This document shows positions 1-12,330 of a stretch of DNA of 64,000 nucleotides, piece by piece. Position numbers and translations under genes: made by a program. The stretch is from contig OZ024757.1 in assembly GCA_964016885.1 (NCBI GenBank), positions 13,888,001 to 13,952,000 of the forward strand, in the 5' to 3' direction. A model generated the notes under the pieces. The model searched no databases and was not told the DNA's origin. It saw nothing but the letters and a program-made list of their open reading frames with translations. Each line of letters opens with the position of its first letter. Position 1 is the stretch's first letter. This DNA is from Eledone cirrhosa. Its lineage: Eukaryota.

Positions 1-1234
1 TTAAAACCTCCATGGAACAAACTACCTGCATCAATTGTTAGCTGTCGAGACACTGCATCCTTTAAAACCTCCATGGAACAAACTACCTGCATCAGTTGTT
101 AGCTGTCGAGACACTGCATCCTTTAAAACCTCCATGGAACAAACTACCTGCATCAATTGTTAGCTGTCGAGACACTGCATCCTTTAAAACCTCCATGGAA
201 CAAACTACCTGCATCAGTTGTTAGCTGTCAAGACACTGCATCCTTTAAAACCTCCATGGAACAAACTACCTGCATCAGTTGTTAGCTGTCGAGACACTGC
301 ATCCTTTAAAACCTCCATGGAACAAACTACCTGCATCAATTGTTAGCTGTCGAGACACTGCATCCTTTAAAACCTCCATGGAACAAACTACCTGCATCAG
401 TTGTTAGCTGTCGAGACACTGCATCCTTTAAAACCTCCATGGAACAAACTACCTGCATCAATTGTTATCTGTCGAGACACTGCATCCTTTAAAACCTCCA
501 TGGAACAAACTACCTGCATCAGTTGTTAGCTGTCGAGACACTGCATCCTTTAAAACCTCCATGGAACAAACTACCTGCATCAGTTGTTAGCTGTCGAGAC
601 ACTGCATCCTTTAAAACCTCCATGGAACAAACTACCTGCATCAGTTGTTAGCTGTCGAGACACTGCATCCTTTAAAACCTCCATGGAACAAACTACCTGC
701 ATCAGTTGTTAGCTGTCGAGACACTGCATCCTTTAAAACCTCCATGGAACAAACTACCTGCATCAATTGTTAGCTGTCGAGACACTACATCCTTTAAAAC
801 CTCCATGGAACAAACTACCTGCATCAGTTGTTAGCTGTCGAGACACTGCATCCTTTAAAACCTCCATGGAACAAACTACCTGCATCAGTTGTTAGCTGTC
901 GAGACACTGCATCCTTTAAAACCTCCATGGAACAAACTACCTGCATCAGTTGTTAGCTGTTGAGACACTACATCCCTTAAAACCTCCATGGAACAAACTA
1001 CCTGCATCAGTTGTTAGCTGTCGAGACACTACATCCTTTAAAACCTCCATGGAACAAACTACCCGCATCAGTTGTTAGCTGTCGAGACACTGCATCCTTT
1101 AAAACCTCCATGGAACAAACTACCTGCATCGGTTGCTAGCTGTCGAGACACTGCATCCTTTAAAACCTCCATGGAACAAACTACCCGCATCAGTTGTTAG
1201 CTGTTGAGACACTGCATCCTTTAAAACCTCCATG
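1..1234 (+). repeat. 61-bp tandem minisatellite (~20 copies, runs off window start) derived from a LINE ORF2 3' end
   Basis: Unit ttaaaacctccatggaacaaactacctgcatcagttgttagctgtcgagacactgcatcct recurs every 61 bp and translates as WNKLPASVVSCRDTASFKTSM. Confidence 0.95.
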
Positions 1235-1411
1235 CTTCCTGAGATTCACCAACACTATACCTAATGTTCCCCCTCCATACACATACACACATGTATATCA
1301 TGACTCATACACTATTCAATTCCCTGACATTTGTATATTATTCTATGTACTATACATGCACCTTTGACGAGTTGTAGTGCACCTGAGCACTTTACACAAT
1401 AATTTCATTAT
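1172..1411 (+). mobile_element. 3' terminus of a CR1/L2-like LINE (ORF2 C-terminus plus 3' UTR)
   Basis: The last unit continues WNKLPASVVSC*DTASFKTSMLPEIHQHYT*; WNxLP...SFK is the typical CR1/L2/Jockey ORF2 C-terminal motif; it ends in an aataatttcattat tail. Confidence 0.6.
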
Positions 1412-1619
1412 GTTGTACCTATTCTAAACTGGATAAACATGGTAAAGAGGATGGTGTTAGGAAGGGCATCCAGCCATAGAAAGCTCTCCTAACAAGGGGT
1501 TAGGAAGAATTATGGTTTATATTTATTTCAGCATGAGTTTGGTGCAGATTTGTTTGCGCCCTAGTTAAGGTAATTTATAGTCTTAGTTGTGTATATGTAC
1601 AGATATCTATGTATAAGAT

Positions 1620-1775
<156 letters not shown>

Positions 1776-1885
1776 TGAAGAATAATAATATAAAGGACAG
1801 TGTTAAATCTTCATTACGCTTATTGAGGGGTGACATTTATTGTTATGTGATTGATCAGCTAAATATATATATATATTTAGCTGAT

Positions 1886-1922
<37 letters not shown>

Positions 1923-1923
1923 C

Positions 1924-2123
1924 ATGTGTTGTTTCCTTGAGCAAGACACTTTATTTCCCATTGCTCCAGTTTACTGTAGGGGCCACGGGAAAAAAAGCAC
2001 CCAGCACTCACTGTAAATGAGGTTGGTGTTAGGAAGGGCATCCAGCTGTAGACATCAAGCCAGAATCGGTTCCCGTCCCACCCTTGCAAGCAGGGGAAAA
2101 GCATACATAAAATGATGATGATG
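1924..2123 (+). mobile_element. Internally deleted copy of SINE family 1 (CORE-like body, RTE-type tail)
   Basis: Matches 11342-11686 and ends in (GAT)n. Confidence 0.85.
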
Positions 2124-3349
2124 ATATGTGTGTGTGTGTATGTATATACTCACACAAGGATTACCCACTTGTAGGTCAGGTCTAAGTTAGTTAGGCAACA
2201 AGCTGACAGCGTCATTAAGACGTGGAACAAATGCCTTGTAGTATTTGTTACGGCTCTTTGGTTTTTTAGTTTAAATATCAGTGTGGCCTACTTGGGTGAT
2301 AGGCTTACATCATTGCTTGGTATAATATCATTATTTGGCCCTCAAAATTCCTATCAGTGTTCAATCTTATGCAAGCATTTAGGCCATTTCTTTTGTCTGA
2401 AAATGCTTTCCTCCCATTTGCTATTCTCAGAGCCCTCCCTGAAAAGGGTCATAGGCTTTGTCTTTCTCTGTCACTAAATCAAGTGTGTGTGTGTGTGTGT
2501 GTGTACATGTACATATATATGTATGTATGTGTATGTATATGTATGCATGTATGCATCCGGGAGAGATGACCCCTTAGCCTTTGTCAAGGCAGAATTCTAG
2601 GAGAAGGAAAACTCTGATATAACACCTGCAACTCTGATGGTATCCAATGATGTTGACTTGTTCTTCTTTTTGGTAAATATCATCTTGGTTAAGAGAGTGG
2701 GACTGGCTTTGTGCAGTGCCTTTGCTCACTATAAAAGCTTCACGGCACAGGCATTGCTTTATATCTGGAGATCTCTCTGCACTTGTCGTCACATGATACC
2801 ATGGGCCCAGCACTATGTGTCAATAATTGTCACAAGTGTAGTGTTTGTACCAGAGTTTTCAAGTCGCTGGCTGGACTAAAAAGTCACACTCGTTCAGCGC
2901 ATCGGTAGGAGTTCTCCTACATGGATATAAAGTAGTGGCCGTACGAGAAAACGAGTTGGCAGCCACCATGTATGCATGTATATGTTTGTATGAGTATGTA
3001 TCATATATGTATGTATGTGTATATGTATGTATATGTGTATATGTATGTATGTATGTGTGTATATGTATGTATATGTGTATATGTATATGTGTATATGTAT
3101 GTGTGTATATGTATGTATATATATGTATGTATATGTATATATGCATATGTGTATCTGTATATATACATAATATATATACTCCGGAGTTTAACCTGTGTAC
3201 TCAATGGATCATCACAAAAGACTTTAAAAAAAAAAACCCCACCAAAAAGTGATATGATACATTGGATAATGTAGTCCTAGATACACTATACTTGCACGAA
3301 GAAAGAAAGATATTTGATAAAACATGTCTTTAATGTACAAAATGTAGGT

Positions 3350-3990
3350 AACATGCAGTCAGGTAACATGCAGTCAACACATGCTCAGCACATGTGACCA
3401 GAACACACGAGCAGTACATGTAGCCAGCATGTGGTCAGCCCACATGGTCAGAAATATGGTCATAACACAATAACGCACAGTCTTCCCATGTGAATATGTT
3501 GTTACAACATGGGGTCAGTATGTGGTTGCAACACGTCAACATGTGGTTAATAGGTCATATGTGGTCAGAATATATGGTCAACACATGTAGTCAATGTCAT
3601 TACATGTGGTCAGAAAATTTGGTCAATATGGGATATGTGGCCAGAATGTGATCAATATGTGGTTACAACACATGGTCAGAAAATGTGGTTAATATGGCGT
3701 CGACATGTGGTCAATATATGGCCAGAACATGTGGTCAATATGTAGTTACAACACGTGGTCAGAACATGTGGTTACAACATGTAATTAATGTGGTCAATAT
3801 GTGGTTACAACACGTGGTCAGAACATGTGGTTAATATGTTGTCGATGTGTGGCCACATGTGGTCAATATATGGCCAGAACATGTGGTCAATATGTAGTTA
3901 CATGTGGCCAGAACATGCAGGTTCATATGTAAACACATTGTTTGAGATTGTGTAAGATGTTATCTGTGATATGTGGGTCAAGTGGCTGTT
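3350..3990. repeat. Degenerate ACATGTGGTCA-type minisatellite
   Basis: Recurring acatgtggtca/atatgtggtt motifs. Confidence 0.75.
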
Positions 3991-4017
3991 ATGTAGCATC
4001 AGTATCTGGTTGTAACA

Positions 4018-6056
4018 TGATGATGGTGGTGTTGGTGTTGGTGGTGATGTGGTGGTGGTGGTGTTGATGATGGTGGTGATATGGTGGTGGTGGTGATAAG
4101 GTGGTGGTGGTGGTGGTGGTGGTGGTGTTGATGATGGTGGTGGTCGTGATGTGATGGTGATGTGGTGGTGGTGGTGATGTGGTGGTAGCAGTTGTGGCTG
4201 TAGTAGTAGTAGCGGCGGTGATGGTGTGTATGTATGTGTAGGAGTTAAAAGCATTATTTCCAATCCCTTCTATTTGTAACAAAGAACTACTGTAAGTAGT
4301 GGTGGTGGCGGTGGTGGTAGTGTTGGTGGCGGTAATGGTGGTGGTGGTGGTAGTGTTGGTGGCGGTAATGGTGGTGGTGGTGGTAGTGTTGGTGGCGGTA
4401 GTGTTGGTGGTGGTGGTGGTAGTGTTGGTGGTGGTGGTAGTGTTGGTGGCGGTAATGGTGGTGGTGGTGGTAGTGTTGGTGGCGGTAGTGTTGGTGGTGG
4501 TAGTGTTGGTGGCGGTAATGGTGGTGGTGGTAGTGTTGGTGGTGGTGGTAGTGTTGGTGGTGGTAGTGTTGGTGGCGGTAATGGTGGTGGTGGTAGTGTT
4601 GGTGGTGGTGGTTATGGTGGTGGCGGTAGTGTTGGTGGCGGTAGTGTTGGTGGCGGTAATGGTGGTGGTGGTGGTGGTAGTGTTGGTGGTGGTGGTAGTG
4701 TTGGTGGTGGTAGTGTTGGTGGCGGTAATGGTGGTGGTGGTAGTGTTGGTGGTGGTGGTTATGGTGGTGGCGGTAGTGTTGGTGGCGGTAGTGTTGGTGG
4801 CGGTAATGGTGGTGGTGGTGGTGGTAGTGTTGGTGGTGGTGGTAGTGTTGGTGGTGGTAGTGTTGGTGGCGGTAATGGTGGTGGTGGTGGTGGTAGTGTT
4901 GGTGGTGGTAGTGTTGGTGGCGGTAATGGTGGTGGTGGTGGTAGTGTTGGTGGCGGTAATGGTGGTGGTGGTGGTAGTGTTGGTGGCGGTAGTGTTGGTG
5001 GTGGTAGTGTTGGTGGCGGTAATGGTGGTGGTGGTGGTGGTAGTGTTGGTGGTGGTGGTAGTGTTGGTGGTGGTAGTGTTGGTGGCGGTAATGGTGGTGG
5101 TGGTAGTGTTGGTGGTGGTGGTTATGGTGGTGGCGGTAGTGTTGGTGGTGGTAGTGTTGGTGGCGGTAATGGTGGTGGTGGTGGTGGTAGTGTTGGTGGT
5201 GGTGGTAGTGTTGGTGGTGGTAGTGTTGGTGGCGGTAATGGTGGTGGTGGTAGTGTTGGTGGTGGTGGTTATGGTGGTGGCGGTAGTGTTGGTGGCGGTA
5301 GTGTTGGTGGCGGTAGTGTTGGTGGTGGTAGTGTTGGTGGCGGTAATGGTGGTGGTGGTGGTGGTGGTAGTGTTGGTGGTGGTGGTTATGGTGGTGGTAG
5401 TGTTGGTGGCGGTAATGGTGGTGGTGGTGGTAGTGTTGGTGGTGGTGGTTATGGTGGTGGTAGTGTTGGTGGCGGTAATGGTGGTGGTGGTGGTGGTAGT
5501 GTTGGTGGTGGTGGTTATGGTGGTGGTAGTGTTGGTGGCGGTAATGGTGGTGGCGGTAGTGTTGGTGGTGGTAGTGTTGGTGGCGGTAGTGCTGGTGGTA
5601 GTGTTGGTGGCGGTAGTGTTGGTGGCAGTAGTGTTGGTGGTAGTGTTGGTGGCGGTAGTGCTGGTGGTAGTGTTGGTGGCGGTAGTGTTGGTGGCAGTAG
5701 TGTTGGTGGTTATGGTGGTGGCGGTAGTGTTGGTGGTTATGGTGGTGGTGGTGGTAGTGTTGGTGGTGGTAGTGTTGGTGGTTATGGTGGTGGTGGTAGT
5801 GTTGGTGGTGGTAGTGTTGGTGGTAGTGTTGGTGGCGGTAGTGCTGGTGGTAGTGTTGGTGGCGGTAGTGTTGGTGGTTATGGTGGTGGCGGTAGTGTTG
5901 GTGGTAGTGTTGGTGGCGGTAGTACTGGTGGTGGTGGTTATGGTGGTGTTGGTGGTGGTAGTGTTGGTGGTTATGGTGGCGGCGGTAGTGGTGGTGGTGG
6001 TAGTGTTGGTGGTTATGGTGGCGGCGGTAGTGGTGGTGCTGGTAGTGATGGTTATG
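4018..6056. repeat. GGT-rich compound trinucleotide satellite
   Basis: Units ggtagtgttggt / ggcggtaatggt; these generate the spurious poly-V and poly-H ORFs. Confidence 0.95.
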
Positions 6057-6254
6057 CCAAAATATAGAACAGGAGTATAGACACTTTAGTTTCAAATCTC
6101 AGTAGATCTGACCCCCCTCCCCCATCCTGGGACACTTATAATCATTAATATCTCTGGGGTGTGAACTAGCATGAAGACGGGGAGAAATTTATCTGCTTTT
6201 TATCTGTCAAAGTAAGGACAATGAGATATTTTCATAACTAGATCAGATTGGAAA

Positions 6255-6425
6255 AACGAACCAGCAGGAGATCTAGGGGTTGACTCCAAGAATGATGGCT
6301 GGATAACATCCATGAGTTTGGGTAGTTTCGCTTAGGTATCCAGCCGGATCAATTGGAAACAGTTGCTTCTGACAGGACCCACTAGAAGGAGTGCTTCAGG
6401 ACTCTGCCTCCATGACCTTAAAGTC
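6255..6425 (+). mobile_element. Degenerate RTE LINE 3' fragment
   Basis: ggagatctaggggttgactccaagaatgatggctggataacatc resembles the RPRGRP..RWLDNI end of RTE ORFs and is similar to 8950-9103. Confidence 0.5.
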
Positions 6426-6480
6426 TATCTTAAGCCAGAAGGCTCGTTAGGCCAGTGCTTATCCTGGTTTGATACGTGAA

Positions 6481-7720
6481 GTGACTGAGAGTACAAGACT
6501 ACCCCTGGACAGGACACCAGTCTATGGTGTGACTGAGAGTACAAGACTACCCCTGGACAGGACACCAGTCTATGGTGTGACTGAGAGTACAAGACTACCC
6601 CTGGACAGGACACCAGTCTATGGTGTGACTGAGAGTACAAGACTACCCCTGGACAGGACACCAGTCTATGGTGTGACTGAGAGTACAAGACTCCCCCTGG
6701 ACAGGACACCAGTCTATGGTGTGACTGAGAGTACAAGACTACCCCTGGACAGGACACCAGTCTATGGTGTGACTGAGAGTACAAGACTCCCCCTGGACAG
6801 GACACCAGTCTATGGTGTGACTGAGAGTACAAGACTCCCCCTGGACAGGACACCAGTCTATGGTGTGACTGAGAGTACAAGACTACCCCTGGACAGGACA
6901 CCAGTCTATGGTGTGACTGAGAGTACAAGACTACCCCTGGACAGGACACCAGTCTATGGTGTGACTGAGAGTACAAGACTCCCCCTGGACAGGACACCAG
7001 TCTATGGTGTGACTGAGAGTACAAGACTACCCCTGGACAGGACACCAGTCTATGGTGTGACTGAGAGTACAAGACTCCCCCTGGACAGGACACCAGTCTA
7101 TGGTGTGACTGAGAGTACAAGACTACCCCTGGACAGGACACCAGTCTATGGTGTGACTGAGAGTACAAGACTCCCCCTGGACAGGACACCAGTCTATGGT
7201 GTGACTGAGAGTACAAGACTCCCCCTGGACAGGACACCAGTCTATGGTGTGACTGAGAGTACAAGACTACCCCTGGACAGGACACCAGTCTATGGTGTGA
7301 CTGAGAGTACAAGACTACCCCTGGACAGGACACCAGTCTATGGTGTGACTGAGAGTACAAGACTCCCCCTGGACAGGACACCAGTCTATGGTGTGACAGA
7401 GTACAAGACTCCCCCTGGACAGGACACCAGTCTATGGTGTGACTGAGAGTACAAGACTACCCCTGGACAGGACACCAGTCTATGGTGTGACTGAGAGTAC
7501 AAGACTACCCCTGGACAGGACACCAGTCTATGGTGTGACTGAGAGTACAAGACTACCCCTGGACAGGACACCAGTCTATGGTGTGACTGAGAGTACAAGA
7601 CTACCCCTGGACAGGACACCAGTCTATGGTGTGACTGAGAGTACAAGACTCCCCCTGGACAGGACACCAGTCTATGGTGTGACTGAGAGTACAAGACTCC
7701 CCCTGGACAGGACACCAGTC
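6481..7720. repeat. 48-bp tandem minisatellite (~26 copies) amplified inside an old minus-strand SINE
   Basis: Unit gtgactgagagtacaagact(a/c)cccctggacaggacaccagtctatggt; the right flank 7760-7800 is the reverse complement of the CORE-like segment; a related single copy lies near 40270-40330. Confidence 0.93.
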
Positions 7721-8594
7721 CATTGTAGAGTTAAACCCTCAGTTTTTGTTCATACTAATTTTTCAGCTGAGTATACTGGAGGAATGTGAAATGAAGTGTT
7801 TCTAGAGCTGGGAGACTGAAGGGGTCTGTCATGCCAATATACCCTGTAATTCAGAGGGACGAGGGTACGAAAAGGGGTTCATATACATCGTAATGGACAA
7901 TGAATATTTTTGTTGGTGTTGGTATTGTTGTTGTTGATGCTGCTTTTGTCATTAAGTATACATAATTAGTGTACAAGGTTTGTGTGTGGGTGATGAAGGG
8001 GGTGGGGAGGGGGTGGACACACAGAAAAGGGTTATTCTGAGTGTCTTTTTAATTAAAATCTCCTCTCACCATAACAAACACTAAATTAGGTTCTGGCATA
8101 ATTAATTAAACAAGACTAAAACTATGGCCCAGGGTAGGCAAAACAAAGAAACTGCTGCAGTAATGTGACCACCCACCTTTCCCCTACCCCCACCCAAGTC
8201 ATTGCCCCAATTTCTCCTCCCCCATACCCTTTTTTTAATGCTTTCTATTACTTTCCCCCCTCGGCTGACTCCCTCGCCTCCCCCTCTCTCACTGTTGCGT
8301 GCCTTTTCTATTTTTCATCTCCTCTTCCCCATTACTTTTGCTTGTCTCTTTCTTTATTTTAATCCCCTCCATCTCTATACTGCTTCTATTCCCCTAACCC
8401 CCTATTTTACCCCCTTTTGTGAAAATGAACTAATTACATCACCACTGACTTGCTCTCTCACACACTAAATTCAATACAAAGGCCCACGTTTCTGGTGATG
8501 GTGATGTTGATGATGGTGATGTTGGTGATGGTGATGTTGGTGATGATGATGTTGGTGCTGTTGGTGATGGTGATGGTGGTGTTGATGATAATGG

Positions 8595-8950
8595 TTTCTG
8601 GTTTAGGCTCAAGGCCAACAGTTTAGTGGGGAGGGTAAAGTTGATTAAATCGACCCCTGGGCATTACTGGTACTTTATTTTATCGACCCCGTCAGCAGAA
8701 TGTAAAGGACTGTAACTTTATGCTGCAAAGCATGTTATTCGACGTTCTACCCACACAGAAAATCCCCTGCCCTTGATGATGATAATAGTAATAATAATAA
8801 TAATTAGTTCCTGATTGAGGCACGAGGCCAACAATTTTTGGGGAAAGGGAGAGTTGATTAAATCGACCCCAGTACGTTACTGGTACTTTATTTTATCAAC
8901 CTCACAAGGATGAAAAGCAAAGCTAACCTTGGTGGGATTTAAACTCAGGG
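8595..8950 (-). mobile_element. Two tandem SINE family 2 (Meta/MESC-like domain) fragments
   Basis: Motif tactggtactttattttatcgacccc...ggatgaaaagcaaagctaacc. Confidence 0.8.
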
Positions 8951-9103
8951 CTTCGATACTATGGGCATGTGGTTAGAATGTCTCAGAAAGAATCACTGGA
9001 CAGATTTTACAGGCAAAACCAACCGGTAGGAGACCCAGGGGTAGATCCTGAGCAAGATGGTTGGATAACATCCTTGAGATTGCCTGGTCACGCTTGGGGA
9101 TTT
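8950..9103 (+). mobile_element. RTE LINE 3' fragment
   Basis: Frameshifted translation LRYYGHVVRM...KPTGRRPRGRS*ARWLDNI. Confidence 0.75.
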
Positions 9104-9168
9104 ATATTTAGAATATTTTCTTTGTATATATTATATGATATGATATATATCATCATTATTACTGTTTA

Positions 9169-9356
9169 GCGGTGAATTGGCAGTATCAGTAGAGGGTCAG
9201 ACATGCTTTCCAGCATAGTTACGTCCCTTTACGATCTGACTTCAATTCCCGCCGAGGTTAACTTTGCCTTTCGTCCGTACGAGGTCGATAAAATAAAGTA
9301 CCAGTAATGTACTGGGTAATTGCTGGCCTTGTGCCAATAGTAGAAACAATTATTAC
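9169..9356 (+). mobile_element. SINE family 2, near full length
   Basis: A-box-like TGGCAGTATCAGT, B-box-like GACTTCAATTCC, gcctttcgtccgtacgaggtcgataaaataaagtaccag core, gaaacaattatt tail. Confidence 0.85.
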
Positions 9357-9541
9357 TGTTTAGCATCTATTTTTTCATGCTTGCATGGGTCAGATGGGTC
9401 GTCCATGTTGGGACACAAGTCTGGCTAAAATTGGCCACACTGTACCTTGCTCTGACAAGGACTGTAAATTTGGCTGGGGATTTTACAGCTGGATGCCCTT
9501 CCTAACACCAACCACATTTACAGAGTGTGTATGTGTGTATC

Positions 9542-10181
9542 AGGGATCAGATGTTGTTTACTAGAGAGAAGGCTACGTTGGTATGGTCACGTGATGCGCA
9601 TGAAGGACGATAGCTGTATAATGAAGTGCAGGGCAATAAAGATAGACGGTAGCCACGGAATAGGCAGACCCAGAAAAACCTGGGACGAGCTGATAAACTC
9701 CGACCTCACACACTTACACCTCACCAAGACAATGTCACTGGACCGAGACCTTTGGCGGTACTCAGTAATAGAGAAGACCCGCCTTACCTAAATACAAAAT
9801 AAAACCTACTACAGTCAGTAGGCATCTCTAACAAAATACACCCCCGTCTCACCACCCCCACCCCATCCACACCGCCCCCTTCTATGTAAAGTTATGTTGG
9901 TGCCACACCATCCAGGCCGAAACAAATGAGATCGTGTAGGTGTCACGACAAAAAAACACACAGTCCACGCTGTAATGTGGCCGTGTAGGCAACACGGTAA
10001 AAACCTCCCAGACCCACACTGTAAATGTGGTTGGTGTTAGGAAGGGCATCCAACTGTAGAAAACCTGCCAGACAGTCCTATGCGAGCAAGACAATCACTC
10101 TTGCCTCAAGTGGGAAAACCCCCGTCCGAACCCATGCAAGCGTGTGGAACACGGACGTTAAACGTTGATGATGATGATGAT
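9542..10181 (+). mobile_element. 5'-truncated RTE LINE family B
   Basis: GIRCCLLERRLRWYGHVMRM...EKTRLT* plus a long 3' UTR and (GAT)n; near-identical to the reverse complement of 17044-17665. Confidence 0.95.
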
Positions 10182-10293
10182 ATATATAAATTATAATTTG
10201 ATATGATATAATGTATGATTTATATATAAATAATATATATATATAACATAATATAAATATAAAGTAGGTCACTGTTGTATGTATGTATGTATG

Positions 10294-10326
<33 letters not shown>

Positions 10327-10599
10327 GCACACACAGAGACACGTGTGTGTTGTTTCAGAGACATTTCAAGTAGTTAACTGTTGCATCCTGTCGTTGCTTC
10401 TTCACCCTCATATTCACCCTCATAATCTCCTCTTACTACCACCACTGCTACTTCCTCTTCATCTCACACCTTGATCTTCATCGGCTACATCTGTTTCCCC
10501 TGTGCGTGTATGGAAATTCTAATGTGTGTGTGTGTAGACATTCAAGTATGTGCCTTATATAGGTTATTTTTATGTTATAATATATATACATACATACAT

Positions 10600-10792
10600 A
10601 TAATTGTTTCTACTTTTCGCACAAGGCCAGCAATTACTCCAGTGTATTACTGGTACTTTATTTTATCGACCCCGTAAGGATGAAAGGCAAAGTTAACCTC
10701 GGCGGGATTTGAACTCAGAATGGCAAGGGCCGCAACTCTATGCGTCAAAGCATGGCATCCGAACCTCGACCGATACTGCCAATCCACCACCT
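10600..10792 (-). mobile_element. SINE family 2
   Basis: Reverse complement of the 9169-9356 / 39880-40072 consensus. Confidence 0.88.
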
Positions 10793-10801
10793 ATATATAT
10801 A

Positions 10802-11139
10802 TCATCATCATCATCATTTTACGTCTGCTTTCCCCTGCTTGCAAGGGTGAGACAGGAACTGATGCTGGTTTGATTTCTACAGCTGGATGCACTTCCTAAC
10901 ACCAACCTCATTTACAGTGAGTGCTGGGTGCTTTTTTGCCGTGGCAGCTCCACGACCACTTTACAGTGGAATGATAGGGACCCCTGTCCCTATCATCTCA
11001 TTTCTGCAGCTGAGTAAACTGGAGCAATGTGAAATAAAGTGTCTTGCTCAAGGAAACAACACATCTCCCGGTCTGAGAATTGAACTCACAACCTTTCGAG
11101 TGCAAGGCCAATGCTCTAACCACTAAGCCATGTGCCTCC
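10802..11139 (-). mobile_element. SINE family 1, full length (tRNA-derived head, CORE-like body, bipartite RTE tail)
   Basis: Minus strand has A box TGGCTTAGTGG, B box GAGTTCAATTC, ccttgagcaagacacttt core and (GAT)n tail. Confidence 0.92.
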
Positions 11140-11341
11140 ATATATATATATATATATATGTGTGTGTGTATGTATGTATGTGTGTATGTATGTATGTATG
11201 TATGTATGTATGTATGTATGTATGTATGTATGTATGTATGTATGTATGTATGTATGTATGTATGTATATATATGTATGTATGTATATATGTGTATATATG
11301 TATGTATGTATGTGTATATATGTATGTATGTATATGTATAG

Positions 11342-11686
11342 GGAGGCACATGGCTTAGTGGTTAGAGCATTGGCCTTGCAATCAAAAGGTTGTGAGTTCA
11401 ATTCTCAGACCGGGTGATGTGTTGTTTCCTTGAGCAAAACACTTTATTTCATATTGCTCCAGTTTACTCAGCTGTAGAAATGAGATGATAGGGACTGGGG
11501 TCCCTATCATTCCACTGCAAAAGTGGTCGTGGAGGTGCCATGGCAAAAAAGCACCCAGCACTCACTGTAAATGAGGTTGGTGTTAGGAAGGGCATCCAGC
11601 TGTAGAAATCAAGCCAGAATCAGTTCCAGTCCCACCCTTGCAAGCAGGGATAAAGCGGACGTAAAATGAAATGAAAATGAAATGAT
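11342..11686 (+). mobile_element. SINE family 1, full length
   Basis: Same structure as 10802-11139, inverted relative to it. Confidence 0.92.
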
Positions 11687-11903
11687 GTATATATTTGTAT
11701 ATGTATATATATATGTATATATAAGTGTATATGTATATATATATGTGTATATGTATATATATATGTGTATATGTATATATATGTGTATATGTATGTATAT
11801 GTATGTATATATATATGTATGTATATGTATGTATATGTATGTATATATATATGTATGTATATGTATGTATATATATATGTATGTATATGTATGTAAATGT
11901 ATG

Positions 11904-11934
<31 letters not shown>

Positions 11935-11971
11935 ATGTATGTATATATATATGTATGTATGTATATGTGTG

Positions 11972-12002
<31 letters not shown>

Positions 12003-12297
12003 ATGTATGTATATATGTATGTATGTATATGTATGTATATGTATGTATGTATATGTATGTATGTATATGTATGTATATATGTATGTATATATGTATGTAT
12101 ATATATATGTATGTATATGTATGTATATATATATGTATGTATATGTATGTATGTATGTATATGTATGTATGTATGTATGTATATGTATGTATATATATAT
12201 GTATGTATATGTATGTATATATGTATATGTATGTATATATGTATGTATATGTATGTATATATGTATGTATGTATATGTATGTATATATGTATGTATG

Positions 12298-12330
<33 letters not shown>

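Noticed and set aside
1-1234. CRISPR array
   Set aside because: Pure head-to-tail 61-bp repeat without spacers; the same applies to the 74-bp and 160-bp arrays.
2600-2965. Possible ancient minus-strand LINE fragment (TKMIF-like motif); similar hint at 31830-32070
   Set aside because: Too degenerate to assign without a database search.
4287-6095. 602-aa His-rich ORF (minus) and 593-aa Val-rich ORF (plus)
   Set aside because: GGT satellite; no signal peptide, splice context or non-repetitive domain, so resemblance to His-rich structural proteins is not supported.
6425-7789. 16-aa repeat proteins, or a CRISPR-like array
   Set aside because: Units are contiguous with no unique spacers, there are no cas genes, the context is eukaryotic, and a frameshift occurs near 7397.
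11345-11415. Functional tRNA gene
   Set aside because: A and B boxes are present but the acceptor stem is not convincing, and it continues into a SINE body in four copies.
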